NCBI GenBank assembly: GCA_022844165.1
Contig: JALHMH010000010.1
Location: forward strand, 58,357 to 122,356
Reading direction: 5' to 3'
Origin: Lysobacterales bacterium
GTDB lineage: Bacteria; Pseudomonadota; Gammaproteobacteria; Xanthomonadales; SZUA-5
Length of the DNA: 64,000 nt
Position 1 is the first letter of the stretch. Every line of letters begins with the position of its first letter. The translations under genes and the position numbers were made by a program. A model generated the notes under the pieces. That model was not told where the DNA came from and made no database searches. It was given only the letters and a program-made list of their open reading frames with translations. This document shows, piece by piece, positions 28,797 to 39,302 of the stretch.

Positions 28797-29710
28797 CCTC
28801 GCTGCCGCTCACTGTCGCTATTCCCACGTTCGGCCGCGATTCGGTGCTGACCGACACGATCACCGCTTTGCTGGAGCAGCATCCGCCAGCGGCGGAGATC
28901 CTGATCGTCGACCAGACACCCGTGCATGATGCCGAGACCGAGCAACGCCTGACGCAGTGGCATGCGCAAAGTGCGATCCATTGGATTCGCAAAGAGCGAC
29001 CATCACAACCGGCTGCACTGAATGTCGCGCTCGCGCAGGCCACGCAGCCTTTCGTGCTGATGCTCGACGACGATATTCGCATCGATCCTGGCTTTCTTGC
29101 GGCGCATCTCGAAGGATTCATCGCCGCCGATGTCTGGATGGTGGTAGGACAGGTATTGCAGCCTGGAGAGGAACCGCTGGTCGGCCCTGTGCCGCGCGAT
29201 CAGGGGCCGTTGGCCGATCTGCAGTTTCCGTTTCGCAGCGCCGAACCGGCTTGGATCAGCAATGGCATGAGCGGCAACATGACCGTACGCCGCGAACGGA
29301 TCCTGGCGTTGGGTGCGTTCGATGAGAACTTTACGCCGCCGGTGTCATATCGCTTCGATACCGATTTGTGCAAACGCTTGACGCGCGCCGGGGGACGCAT
29401 TCGCTTCCAGCCAAAAGCGCGCATCTACCACTTGCGCGCACAGCGCGGCGGCACACGATCGGTGGGCAGCCACTTGAACTCCGCTTCGCCAGTGCACGGC
29501 GTGGGCGACTACTACTTCGCGCTGCGCCAGGGGCTGTCGTGGTCGATGCTGCGTTACCTGCTGCGCCGCCCGATTCGCGAAGTTTGTACGCGCTATCACT
29601 TGAGACGGCCCTGGTGGATTCCGGTCAAGCTGATCGGCGAATTGCGTGCGATGGTCATGGCGCTGACACTGCTGGCGCGTGGGCCGGCGTATCCGGATCG
29701 GTTGCGATGA
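28793..29710 (+). CDS. Glycosyltransferase family 2, 305 aa
   Basis: ATGA overlap. LTVAIPTFGRDSVLTDTITALL...ILIVDQT and MLDDDI motifs. Confidence 0.75.
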   Translation: MTSLPLTVAIPTFGRDSVLTDTITALLEQHPPAAEILIVDQTPVHDAETEQRLTQWHAQSAIHWIRKERPSQPAALNVALAQATQPFVLMLDDDIRIDPGFLAAHLEGFIAADVWMVVGQVLQPGEEPLVGPVPRDQGPLADLQFPFRSAEPAWISNGMSGNMTVRRERILALGAFDENFTPPVSYRFDTDLCKRLTRAGGRIRFQPKARIYHLRAQRGGTRSVGSHLNSASPVHGVGDYYFALRQGLSWSMLRYLLRRPIREVCTRYHLRRPWWIPVKLIGELRAMVMALTLLARGPAYPDRLR

Positions 29711-30714
29711 CACGTGGCACGATTCTGGTGACGGGCGCCGCAGGCTATTTGGGCTCGCACACGGTGCTGGCCTTGTGGGAGAGCGGCTTCGAGGTTGTTG
29801 GGATCGATGACTATTCGAACTCCGAGCGCTCGGTTGTGTCGCGCATCGAAGCGCTGGGCCAGCGAGCGCTGACGATGATCGAGGGTAATGTGCGCGATGC
29901 CGATTGTCTTGCCGCAACTTTTGGTCGGTTCAACATCGTCGGCGCGGTCCATTTTGCGGCGCGCAAGTCGATCGAGGAGTCGTTTGCCGAGTCACTTTCG
30001 TATTACGATGTCAACGTCGCTGGCACGTTGACGGTTCTGCAGCAGTGCCAGCGAGCCGGCGTCAACGCATTCGTGTTCAGCAGTTCTGCGACGGTGTATG
30101 ACGCCACGCAGCCATCGCCAGTCGACGAAAACAGTCGCTTGCTTGGGGCAAGCCCTTACGGCCGCAGCAAGCTCATCGGCGAACGCATGCTGCGCGATGC
30201 TGCTCAGGCGAGTGGATTGCGTTACGCGATATTGCGTTACTTCAATCCCGTTGGTGCCCATCCAAGCGGTTCGATTGGCGAGAACCCTCGAGGCAAGCCC
30301 GGCAATTTGATGCCCGTCGTGTGCCGGGTCGCTGCCAGTCGGCAATCGCAATTGTCGGTCTTCGGTAACGACTATTCGACGATGGACGGCACTGGCGTCC
30401 GCGATTTTGTGCACGTGCAAGACGTGGCCGAAGCGCACGTGCACGCCTTGGAAGCTTTGCTGCAGGATCGTGAGACGCTGTGTCTGAACATTGGCACCGG
30501 CAGCGGCACGAGCGTACTGACATTGATCGATGCCTTCGAACGGGCCAATGGCGTGCGCGTACCGCATGTTATTGCACCGCGCCGCCATGGTGATGTCGCG
30601 GCGATGGTGGCCAATGTGGGCGAAGCTGCGCGCAGCATCGGCTGGCGCGCAACACGCAATCTGGACGCAATGTGCCGCGACGCCTGGCGCTTCGCGCAAA
30701 CCCTTGGGTGTTGA
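29707..30714 (+). CDS. galE: UDP-glucose (or UDP-GlcNAc) 4-epimerase, 335 aa
   Basis: ATGA overlap. ILVTGAAGYLGSH, SSSATVYD and SPYGRSKLIGE (YxxxK) motifs, with a GalE-type C-terminus. The first third of track ORF 29368.. is overprint. Confidence 0.88.
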   Translation: MTRGTILVTGAAGYLGSHTVLALWESGFEVVGIDDYSNSERSVVSRIEALGQRALTMIEGNVRDADCLAATFGRFNIVGAVHFAARKSIEESFAESLSYYDVNVAGTLTVLQQCQRAGVNAFVFSSSATVYDATQPSPVDENSRLLGASPYGRSKLIGERMLRDAAQASGLRYAILRYFNPVGAHPSGSIGENPRGKPGNLMPVVCRVAASRQSQLSVFGNDYSTMDGTGVRDFVHVQDVAEAHVHALEALLQDRETLCLNIGTGSGTSVLTLIDAFERANGVRVPHVIAPRRHGDVAAMVANVGEAARSIGWRATRNLDAMCRDAWRFAQTLGC

Positions 30715-32605
30715 ACTATCGCGCTGACATCGATGGCTTGCGCGCCATTGCAGTCCTACTGGTGGTTGTTTATCACGCAAGCCCGACCTGGCTAAGCGGT
30801 GGCTTCATCGGCGTCGATGTGTTCTTCGTGATCAGCGGATTTCTGATTACGCGCTTGTTGTTCGAAGAGGAGCAGGTTAGCGGGCAGATTTCGCTTGCTG
30901 CATTTTATGCGCGCCGGATTCGACGTCTGTTACCTGCGCTGTTGCTGATGCTCGCCAGCGTGATGCTTCTGGGCCTGATGGTGCTGTCGCCGGCGATCGG
31001 CGAAGTGCAAGGGTTGGCGCAATCGACGCTGGCGACTCTGGCACTGGTGTCGAACCACTACTTTGCGCGAAGCACTGGCTACTTCGACGAACCGGCAGAA
31101 CAGCAGGTGCTCTTGCACACCTGGTCATTGTCTGTCGAAGAGCAGTTTTACTTGATATGGCCGGTGCTGCTGTTGTTGCTTCTGCGCGCCGCGCGGCAAT
31201 GGCATTGGTCTGGACGGAGCGTCGTCTTGTGGACGCTGGCGCTCCTGTGTTCTTCGTCACTTCTGGCTTCGCTGTGGCTGACCCGCGCCAGCCCAGTTTC
31301 GCGTTTTTTGCATTGCCGACCAGGGCATGGGAATTTGCGGTGGGCGGTCTGGCGTCGATCGCTTTGATCGGCTGCCGGGAGCGACCCCGACTGGGGGCGC
31401 TCTGCGGAAGCGCTGGCGTCGTCGGGATCTTCGTTGGCGCGATGTGGATCGACGATGGCATGGCGTTTCCGGGGGCGCTCGCATTGTGGCCGGTGGCCGC
31501 GACGACTCTGGTGCTGGTGGGTGGCGCTCTGGCGCCAAACGCCGTAACCACCCGTGGGCTGCGACTGAAGCTGCTGGTGGCGATTGGGCTCATTTCGTAC
31601 GGCTGGTATCTATGGCATTGGCCGTTGTTGACGTTGGCGCGCATTCATCTGCTTGGCGAGTTGGACCAACTCGGCGCTATCGCGATTTGTCTGCTGGCTC
31701 TGCTGATTGCGGCGCTGAGTTATCGCTATGTTGAAAAACCGTTCCGCCAACCGGCCGATATCCGACCGACTCTGCAGCGCGGCGCGATGGCCGGGATCGC
31801 AGTGGCACTGATGGCAACCAGCGCCGGCGCCTGGGCAAAATGGTGGTGGCCGCAGAGCGAATCGAATTCGTCGCTGCGGGCGGCCTTGATCGGCACGCAG
31901 AAGGTCGTGGTGCCCTGCGGCCAGGAGCGACCCTACAAAGCCCTTAACGATCGCACGTTGTGCACCTTCGGCGACGCCGAAGCGGCAATCGTACTCTGGG
32001 GAGATTCGCACGCGGCGCATTTCCTGCCCGCTCTGCAGCATGTACACTCAAAGAGTATTCGCGTGCGATATATGCCCGCATGCCCACCGATTCCAGACTA
32101 TTTGCCGAGTCTCGTTGGCATCGATCCGCAGATGGGCTGCGAGCATTTCAATCGTGACGTACTGGACGAAATCCGTGCTACGCGCCCTGCGACGGTTGTG
32201 CTCAGCGCACGCTGGCGCGCCTACATTTCGAATGCCGCCGCACGGGATGCAGCGAGCAAAGGTCTTCAGTATCTGTCGCAGGAGCTCGCAAAAGTGGGCG
32301 TGCAAGTTCTGGTGATGTTGCCACCACCCGAGGTGCCGCATTCCGCGCCGGCCTGCCTGGCGCGTCGAGACATCGTCGATTGCAGCGTCGAAAGTGCGAT
32401 CGCGATGCTACAACGCGAAGCGGCGGTCGCGTTGCTTCGCGAGTCATTTGCTGGGGCCGAATTGATCGACCCATTTCCTACGTTGTGCCCAGGGCAGTCG
32501 TGTTCGCCAATACTCGATGGCGTGGCGCTATACACCGACGCTCATCATTTGAGCGTCGCGGGATCGCAACGAATCGGCGGATTGATTGCCGATGCCTTGC
32601 GCTAG
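30711..32605 (+). pseudogene. OafA-like O-acyltransferase (AT3 membrane domain + SGNH domain) interrupted by a frameshift
   Basis: ORF 30672..31367 carries YRADIDGLRAIAVLLVVVYH, GVDVFFVISGFLIT and HTWSLSVEEQFY. ORF 31157..32605, in another frame, continues with FFALPTRAWEFAVGG, more TM segments and SGNH block I VLWGDSHAAHF. Joined, they give about 630 aa, the usual AT3-SGNH size. The frames switch near 31285-31295. The likely start is TTG 30711 (TTGA overlap) or GTG 30708. Confidence 0.7.
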
Positions 32606-32843
32606 CCAGTCTTCCATTCGCATGGGAAGTGTTCCGCGGCTTCAACGCGAATGCTGCAGGGCGCCTGGTCGCCATTCGCTGCCATGACTTCATCCAAGAT
32701 GTCGGCGCCGCCGTCAGCTTCGGCGGGCGCATTGCTCGCGCGATGCAGGCATGCCAGCCTGCGCCCTCGGGCTTCTCCCGGGCCCAAGTCCACCGGAGAC
32801 ATATTCCAATGACACCGGGACCTCAGGCTGGTCGAACAGTGCA

Positions 32844-33938
32844 ATGTCGCATCTACTGATCGACGCGCTATCGGTGAACAACTTCTCTGGGCGGCATGTG
32901 CTGGCCGGCCATATGCGCCAGATGCGCCTGGCACTACCCGACTGGCGCTTCACGATGCTGGTGCAGCGCAGCCAGTCACAGTTGGCGCACGAGTGCGGCG
33001 TCATGCCGATGGAAGCGCCCGTGGGTGCTGGGGCGATGGCGCGTGTCCGGTTCACGCTTCGCCATTTGCCGCGCTGGACACGCGAAATCGGTGCCGACTT
33101 TTTGTTTACGCCGGCTGGCATGTTAACGGCAGGGTGTCCTCTCCCTCAGGTTGTGCTGGCGCAAAACCCCTGGCCGCTCATGGGTCTGGCGCGTGGCACC
33201 GAGCGCCTGCGGACCTACTTGCAAACACGTGCCTTTGCGGCCGCGCAGCGTCAGGCGCGTGTCATGGTTTACAACTCACGCTACATGCAAGCGCTTTACA
33301 TGGATAAGCTCGGTCAACGCAATGGATCGAGCGTGATCGCGTATCAGGGGATCGATGAGCGCTACTTCGAGCAACCCGCCCCAATCGCACTGTCCGCGCG
33401 ACGCGATCTGGTATTGGTTTCGGTGATGGCCGCACACAAGGCGGTGGAGGATGCGGTCGCGGCCTTTGCGCGGGCGAAACTCGGCAGCGAAACGCGATTG
33501 CGCCTGATGGGTCCCTGGCCGGAACACGCCTATCGTCAGCGAGTTGAGCGCGCAGTGGCAGCGCACGGACTGTTAGATCGCGTCGTCATCGAAGGCGAAG
33601 TCGGGCAGGCGCAGCTCTTGTCGGCGTATCGCGAGGCGCGAGCCTTCGTCTTGCTCAGTCGCTGCGAGTCCTTCGGTATTCCTGCCATCGAAGCACAGAG
33701 CCAGGGGACACCGACCATAGTTGCCTCAGGTACCGCGGCACCGGAAGTCGCTGGCGGTGGTGGCATGATCGTACCCGCAGGCGATACCTTTGCTGCCGCG
33801 CAGGCCATGACCACGTTGATGAGCGACGATACGTCGTGGCATCGCTACTCCAGCGCGGCACTGGACAACGCTTGTCGTTTTCGATTCTCACGGTGCTCCG
33901 GGCCGTTGATAGACGCACTACGTGATTTATCGGGGTGA
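32844..33938 (+). CDS. Glycosyltransferase family 4, 364 aa
   Basis: MSHLLIDALSVNNFSG N-terminus. EX7E region CESFGIPAIEAQSQGTPTIV. The stop overlaps the next gene (GTGA). Confidence 0.75.
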   Translation: MSHLLIDALSVNNFSGRHVLAGHMRQMRLALPDWRFTMLVQRSQSQLAHECGVMPMEAPVGAGAMARVRFTLRHLPRWTREIGADFLFTPAGMLTAGCPLPQVVLAQNPWPLMGLARGTERLRTYLQTRAFAAAQRQARVMVYNSRYMQALYMDKLGQRNGSSVIAYQGIDERYFEQPAPIALSARRDLVLVSVMAAHKAVEDAVAAFARAKLGSETRLRLMGPWPEHAYRQRVERAVAAHGLLDRVVIEGEVGQAQLLSAYREARAFVLLSRCESFGIPAIEAQSQGTPTIVASGTAAPEVAGGGGMIVPAGDTFAAAQAMTTLMSDDTSWHRYSSAALDNACRFRFSRCSGPLIDALRDLSG

Positions 33939-35056
33939 GTCGGCTGCACAAATGGTGGTTGGCGCATATCGCAAGGCCAGATCCGGCGCAGACCTTCCTG
34001 CCCGCGATCGATGGATTACGCTTCGTGGCGATCGCGCTTGTGGTGTTGTATCACGTGCAAGGCTACGTGTCTTCGCGAGCGGGACTTCCAGTCCACGGTG
34101 GCGACGGTTTACATCAATGGTTGGTGCACGGTTCCTTCGGTGTGCCACTGTTCTTTGCGATCAGTGGGTTCATCATTGCCAGCCAGTGGTTCGCTGGGCG
34201 CCCGCCTTCCCTGGCTCGCTATCTGCTGCGTCGTATCACGCGCCTTGAGCCGCCGTACATCGTCTCGATGTTGCTGATTTTTGGGCTGAAAGTAGCCGTC
34301 CTCGGTGTTGCGTTTTCGGAGCTGATGCCGCACTTGATGATCAGCCTCGTGTATCTGCACGGACCGATTTTCGGCACCCACAGCGAAGTGAACGGCGTTG
34401 CCTGGTCGCTGGAGGTCGAATGGCAGTTTTACCTGCTGGCGCCGCTGATCCTGACCGCGGCGTTGCGGCTGCAACCCTCACAGGCGACGTGGGTCTTGGC
34501 CGGTCTCGTATTCCTCGGCGGCATCGTGCACGGTCTTGCGGATTCGCTTGCGCCGCGGATTGCCCTGAGTGTGTTGCAATACTTCGGGTTTTTTCTCGCC
34601 GGCGTCTGGGTTGCACAGCAGCACACTGCAACGGCTCGAAGCGCCACGGCATTTGATGCAGCCGCACTTACGGCGGCCGTGGCGATTGGTGCTGCATTGC
34701 ACCTGGGCGGGCTCGCATCGGCCGTGCTGCCGCTGCTCACCGCCGCTTTTCTGGCCTCAAGCCTGCGCTCGAAGTGGTGGTCGGCGTTGCTGTCGTGGTG
34801 GCCGATCCACGGCATCGGCGCGATGTGCTACACAATTTACCTCTACCACTTCTTCATTGTCTCGGGCATCGGCCGCGTCTGGCCGCACGACAGCTTCGGC
34901 CCATCTTCAATCGATCTGGTGATCTTCGCTGCCTTCACGTTTCCGCTGGTCGTTGTCGTCTGCACCGTGCCTTACGTTCTGATCGAACGCCCGTTCATGG
35001 TCTGGCGGCCGGGCGTTACGCGATTACGCGACGCGCTTTCCTGGATGCGTCGATGA
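33935..35056 (+). CDS. Acyltransferase family 3 membrane O-acyltransferase, 373 aa
   Basis: IDGLRFVAIALVVLYH, GVPLFFAISGFIIA and WSLEVEWQFY motifs, about 10 hydrophobic segments, and no SGNH domain. Confidence 0.8.
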   Translation: MSRLHKWWLAHIARPDPAQTFLPAIDGLRFVAIALVVLYHVQGYVSSRAGLPVHGGDGLHQWLVHGSFGVPLFFAISGFIIASQWFAGRPPSLARYLLRRITRLEPPYIVSMLLIFGLKVAVLGVAFSELMPHLMISLVYLHGPIFGTHSEVNGVAWSLEVEWQFYLLAPLILTAALRLQPSQATWVLAGLVFLGGIVHGLADSLAPRIALSVLQYFGFFLAGVWVAQQHTATARSATAFDAAALTAAVAIGAALHLGGLASAVLPLLTAAFLASSLRSKWWSALLSWWPIHGIGAMCYTIYLYHFFIVSGIGRVWPHDSFGPSSIDLVIFAAFTFPLVVVVCTVPYVLIERPFMVWRPGVTRLRDALSWMRR

Positions 35057-36234
35057 AGGTCGCGATGGTGACAACGCATCCGATTCAATACCAGGTGCCG
35101 TGGCTGCGAATGTTGGGTGCCTCCCCGGGCATCGATTTGACCGTCTACTTCGCGATGCTGCCGGATAGCGCCGAACAGGGTCGGGAGTTCGGTGTCGCGT
35201 TCGACTGGGATGTGCCGTTGCTCGATGGCTATCGCCACGTTGTTTTGCAGAACGTAGCAACGCAACCGTCGCTGACGCAATTTGCCGGCTGCGATACGCC
35301 GGAGATCATCGACATCATCCGACGCGAACGATTCGATGCGGTCATCGTCAACGGCTGGGGAACCAGAACCGCACTCCAGGCGCTCTGGGCCTGTCTGCGC
35401 ACCGGCACGCCCTGCATTTTTCGCGGTGAAGTCAATGGCCTGACACCCCGCGCCTGGTGGAAACGGCTTGGGCATCGATTGTTGCTCGGCCGTTACGCAG
35501 CCGTGTTGTGCATCGGCTCAGCCAATCGCCGTTATTGCAAGGAAGCCGGCGTGCGTTCGGATCGGCTTTACGACACGCCGTACTGCGTCGACAACGCGTA
35601 CTTCGCCAAGGCGGCAGAGCGAGCTTTGGCTGCGCAGGGACGCGATGTACTGCGCGGGCAATTCGGTCTGGCGCCGCAAGTGCCCACTTTTCTCTTTTCG
35701 GGGAAACTGGTGGCCAAGAAGCGACCACAGGATTTCATCGAGGCGATTGCCCAACTCCGGTCGAGCGGTGTTGCCCTGCAGGGACTGCTGGTCGGGGCAG
35801 GACCGATGATGGATGCCTTGCAACAGCAAGCGAGAGATTTGCCGATTCGCTTTGCGGGCTTTCTCAACCAGAGCCAGATGGCTGCTGCGTATGCGGCCAG
35901 CGATGTGCTGGTGCTGCCCTCAGATGCTGGCGAGACCTGGGGACTCGTGGTCAATGAAGCGATGGCGTGCGGATTGGCCGTTGTCGTCAGCGACCGCGTT
36001 GGTTGCGCGAGCGATCTGGTAGATGCATCGACGGGTGGGACCTTCGCCTGTGGCGATGTGCCTTGCCTGGCGAGCGTTATGCAGCTTCTGGCGACCGATC
36101 CTGATCGACTTGCATCCGCCGGGCGTCGGGCGCTACAACGCGTGCAACCCTACTGTTTCTCTGCGGTGGTCGAGGGCTGCCTTCGCGCGCTCGAGAAAAC
36201 CGCGCGTCCGGGTCGCATCCGCCACGCGAAATGA
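35053..36234 (+). CDS. Glycosyltransferase family 4/1 (GT-B), 393 aa
   Basis: ATGA overlap. MKVAMVTTHPIQYQVPW N-terminus. EX7E region GETWGLVVNEAMACGLAVVV. Confidence 0.8.
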   Translation: MKVAMVTTHPIQYQVPWLRMLGASPGIDLTVYFAMLPDSAEQGREFGVAFDWDVPLLDGYRHVVLQNVATQPSLTQFAGCDTPEIIDIIRRERFDAVIVNGWGTRTALQALWACLRTGTPCIFRGEVNGLTPRAWWKRLGHRLLLGRYAAVLCIGSANRRYCKEAGVRSDRLYDTPYCVDNAYFAKAAERALAAQGRDVLRGQFGLAPQVPTFLFSGKLVAKKRPQDFIEAIAQLRSSGVALQGLLVGAGPMMDALQQQARDLPIRFAGFLNQSQMAAAYAASDVLVLPSDAGETWGLVVNEAMACGLAVVVSDRVGCASDLVDASTGGTFACGDVPCLASVMQLLATDPDRLASAGRRALQRVQPYCFSAVVEGCLRALEKTARPGRIRHAK

Positions 36235-36235
36235 G

Positions 36236-38350
36236 ATGAGCGTGCAGTTGCGTTGCAGCGTCGTAGTTTGCGTTTACAACGGCGCATCTCGTTTGCCGAT
36301 CACGCTAAAGCATCTCGCGGCGCAACAAGGGATGGACAGCGCGCATTGGGAAGTGATCCTGGTCGACAACGCCAGCAACGATGATAGCGGTGCCACGGCG
36401 GCCGCCATCTGGCCAGCACTGAGCGCTGTCACTCCGTTGCGAGTGATGGTCGAATCTCGTCCTGGATTGACGCATGCACGGTCTTGTGGCGTAGCAGCAG
36501 CTCAAGGTGCGGTGATCGTTTTCGTCGACGACGACAACTGGCTTGCGCCGGATTATTTGCACCTTGCCTGTGCCATTCTCGAGAGTCGCCCGGACGTTGG
36601 AATTTGCGGTGGTCGCGTTGATCCCGCATTCGAAGCGCCGCCGCCACCGTGGTTTCATGATCACCAGAACTGGTTTGCCGTCGGCCGCCAGGCGCCGCGC
36701 AGCGGCGAGGTCGATTGCATCTGGGGTTGTGGCATGGCTGTCCGTGCGCAACTGGCGCGAGAAATGCTGTTGAGCCAGGATGAAGTCCTGCTCAGCGACC
36801 GCATCGGTTCGTCGCTGAGCAGCGGTGGCGATACACAATTGAGTCTTCGTGTGCGTCTGGCGGGCTGGAAGGTATGGTACGCCGAGGAACTCAGGTTGAA
36901 GCATTGGATGCCGGCCACTCGAATGCAGTGGCGCTATCTGGTTCGTCTCGTCTATGCCATCGGCCAGGACGAACAGCACCTCAAACGCTATCGACTGGCG
37001 CTCCGCCATGGCAGTACGAAGGCCCTGTCGCAAGCACTTCGCAGTTCGCGGCTCCTGTACTTCGTGTGGTCGCTGTTCGCGATTGGCCGGCACCTGCTGC
37101 TGCGCCCGACCAGCATTTTCCTATGGCGCGAAGACAATCGCCATTCGATTCCACTGCTGTTCCGAGCCGGCAATCTGGTCGGCTTGTTTCGGCGCACTGC
37201 GCCGCCAGCTCAGCATGATGATCGCGAAATCCCGGTTTATGAGGCGCGCACTTTGAGGCTACGAATCGGCCTGGTCTGCACCGCGCCCATCGGCGCACCT
37301 GGAAGCATGTCTGCCTATCGCGAGGTGTTAATGGCGGCATTGTCCGAATTTGCGCCGCAGATAGAGGTAGAGACCGTCCAGCTCGGTCTGCCGCCGTCTG
37401 CCGGTCGATGGCGACAACGATGGCATACCATGAGCATGCCGTTTGCGCTGTATAGACGATCACCACCCGATATCTGGCACATCCTGGATGGATCTCGCGC
37501 TTATGTCGGATTCGGGCTTCGCTCAGCGCCTGTGGTCATCACGGCTCACGATGTGATTCCAGTGCTACAGGCTGCGCGTGCGTTTCCCGGAGCACCACGG
37601 GTTGGCCATGCCGCGCGTTGGATGTGGCAAGTTAACGCTGCGGCGATACGTCGCTCAGAGCGGGTTATTTGTGTCAGCCAGTCAACGGCAAACGACTTGC
37701 GTCAGTCATTCGGATTAGGCTCGGCCGAATTGCCTGTCATAGGTTTGCCGGTGCGCACGACCTTAATGCAGTTCGCGGGCGATTATCAGACTGCGGCGCG
37801 AGACAAGGGACGAATTCTGCACGTCGGTAACAACAGCTTCTATAAATGGCGAGAGCAGGCGCTGAAGGTGTTTGCTCGTTTGCCGGGTCATTGTCGGCTG
37901 ACCATGATCGGCCCGAGGCCACCTCGCGAACTTGTAACACTCGTTTCCTCATTAGGCGTTGATGGTCGAGTTTCTTTTGTCGAAGAGCCCTCCGATCGTG
38001 AGCTCGCTGAGCACTACCTTCGTACCGAGTTGTTGATTTTCCCGTCGCGCTACGAAGGGTTCGGATGGCCGGTTCTCGAAGCGATGAGCTTCGGAGTTCC
38101 AGTGGTGGCGAGTAATCGCGGTTCGCTACCGGAAGTGGTTGGCGATGCAGCGGAGACCCTGGATCCTGATGACCTCGATCAATTTGCGGCGGCAGCTTGC
38201 AGACTGCTTGAATGTCCCGTCGCCTGGCAACGGGCGTCCGCACGTGCCTGGAAGCGCGCGCAGTGTTTTGCCATTCGCGATTTCGCCTTGGCCATGGCCG
38301 GCCAGTACCGGGCTGTGGCCAAACCATCAACGCGAGCGCACTGCACCTAA
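36236..38350 (+). CDS. Two-domain glycosyltransferase (N-terminal GT2 + C-terminal GT4), 704 aa
   Basis: The N-domain has VVVCVYNGASRLPITLKHL...VILVDNASNDDS and FVDDDN. The C-domain (from about 37250) has YEGFGWPVLEAMSFGVPVVASNRGSLPEVV. The track start at 36023 overlaps the upstream gene. Confidence 0.8.
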   Translation: MSVQLRCSVVVCVYNGASRLPITLKHLAAQQGMDSAHWEVILVDNASNDDSGATAAAIWPALSAVTPLRVMVESRPGLTHARSCGVAAAQGAVIVFVDDDNWLAPDYLHLACAILESRPDVGICGGRVDPAFEAPPPPWFHDHQNWFAVGRQAPRSGEVDCIWGCGMAVRAQLAREMLLSQDEVLLSDRIGSSLSSGGDTQLSLRVRLAGWKVWYAEELRLKHWMPATRMQWRYLVRLVYAIGQDEQHLKRYRLALRHGSTKALSQALRSSRLLYFVWSLFAIGRHLLLRPTSIFLWREDNRHSIPLLFRAGNLVGLFRRTAPPAQHDDREIPVYEARTLRLRIGLVCTAPIGAPGSMSAYREVLMAALSEFAPQIEVETVQLGLPPSAGRWRQRWHTMSMPFALYRRSPPDIWHILDGSRAYVGFGLRSAPVVITAHDVIPVLQAARAFPGAPRVGHAARWMWQVNAAAIRRSERVICVSQSTANDLRQSFGLGSAELPVIGLPVRTTLMQFAGDYQTAARDKGRILHVGNNSFYKWREQALKVFARLPGHCRLTMIGPRPPRELVTLVSSLGVDGRVSFVEEPSDRELAEHYLRTELLIFPSRYEGFGWPVLEAMSFGVPVVASNRGSLPEVVGDAAETLDPDDLDQFAAAACRLLECPVAWQRASARAWKRAQCFAIRDFALAMAGQYRAVAKPSTRAHCT

Positions 38351-38436
38351 GCTTGTGCGGTGGTTCAGCATATGATGGCGCTGGGAATGGCGATCCCCGT
38401 AACGCCAAGTCGCACGAATGATCCTTTAGCCAGCCG

Positions 38437-39276
38437 ATGAATTCCGGACTTTCTATGGCAGGCGAAGTTGCGCGCATCGATTTTGTGATTCCGTTTCGAG
38501 CGCGCACGACAACGACGAATTGGAGGCGAGCTTGCCAGCTGCTCACCGATACGCTGCGTTCCGTCGAGAACTCGTCGGACGCTCGATGGCGTGCGATCGT
38601 CGTCTGCCATGACGAGCCAATCGGCATCCCTTCGGACCGGCAAGTTCTTGTCGTTCGCGCGCCATTCGAACCTCCAGGGCCGGATTCGCAGAATCTTGCA
38701 ACGAAGCGGCGGCTCTTTGTCTGGGAGACGGATAAGGGGCGTAAGCAGTTGGCGGGCGTTGATTTGGTACGTCGTTCTGGGTCAAAGTACTTTATGCTGC
38801 TGGATGCCGATGACCTTATTTCCTCGCGGCTGGTCGAATGGTGTCTGGCGCGCGATCATCCTGCGGGTTACTTCATCGACGAGGGCTATCGATTGGATGA
38901 CACGAATCGCGATCGCCTCTACTTTCGTCGCCGGTTTTTCCAAGAGTGCGGAAGCAGCTCAATACTGCGAACAACGGTGGCGCCGTTCCCGGCGAAGCTT
39001 GACTACACGCTGGATCTCAATGACAAGTTCACCCGCCGCTACGTCGTTCACGCCTACATTCCGGAAGCCATGGCGGCGTTGGGGCAGCCGATGGAACGAG
39101 TGCCTTTTCCCGCGGCCGTGTATCGATTTCACGATCAGAACATCTTCGCCAACTCAGCCCGAAAAAAAGAATCCTGGCTCAGGCGCCAATTTCGGAATCT
39201 GCTCCGTGGCAGGCTACTTGACTGCCGGCTTCGATCTGAGTTCAGCATCCCCGATGCGCGTGGCCAGGGCGAATAA
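38437..39276 (+). CDS. Putative GT-A-fold glycosyltransferase, 279 aa
   Basis: IDFVIPFRART..., YFMLLDADDLIS (DxD). Same strand and same locus. The family is not firmly recognised. Confidence 0.5.
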   Translation: MNSGLSMAGEVARIDFVIPFRARTTTTNWRRACQLLTDTLRSVENSSDARWRAIVVCHDEPIGIPSDRQVLVVRAPFEPPGPDSQNLATKRRLFVWETDKGRKQLAGVDLVRRSGSKYFMLLDADDLISSRLVEWCLARDHPAGYFIDEGYRLDDTNRDRLYFRRRFFQECGSSSILRTTVAPFPAKLDYTLDLNDKFTRRYVVHAYIPEAMAALGQPMERVPFPAAVYRFHDQNIFANSARKKESWLRRQFRNLLRGRLLDCRLRSEFSIPDARGQGE

Positions 39277-39302
39277 CGGTTTCTGGCTGATGGGGCGCTA
39301 AG

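Noticed and set aside
39162-39168. A7 homopolymer inside the GT-A-like gene (and another A7 at 3139-3145) as phase-variation tracts
   Set aside because: Both simply encode Lys-Lys in frame and are short. With one sequence there is no evidence of length heterogeneity.
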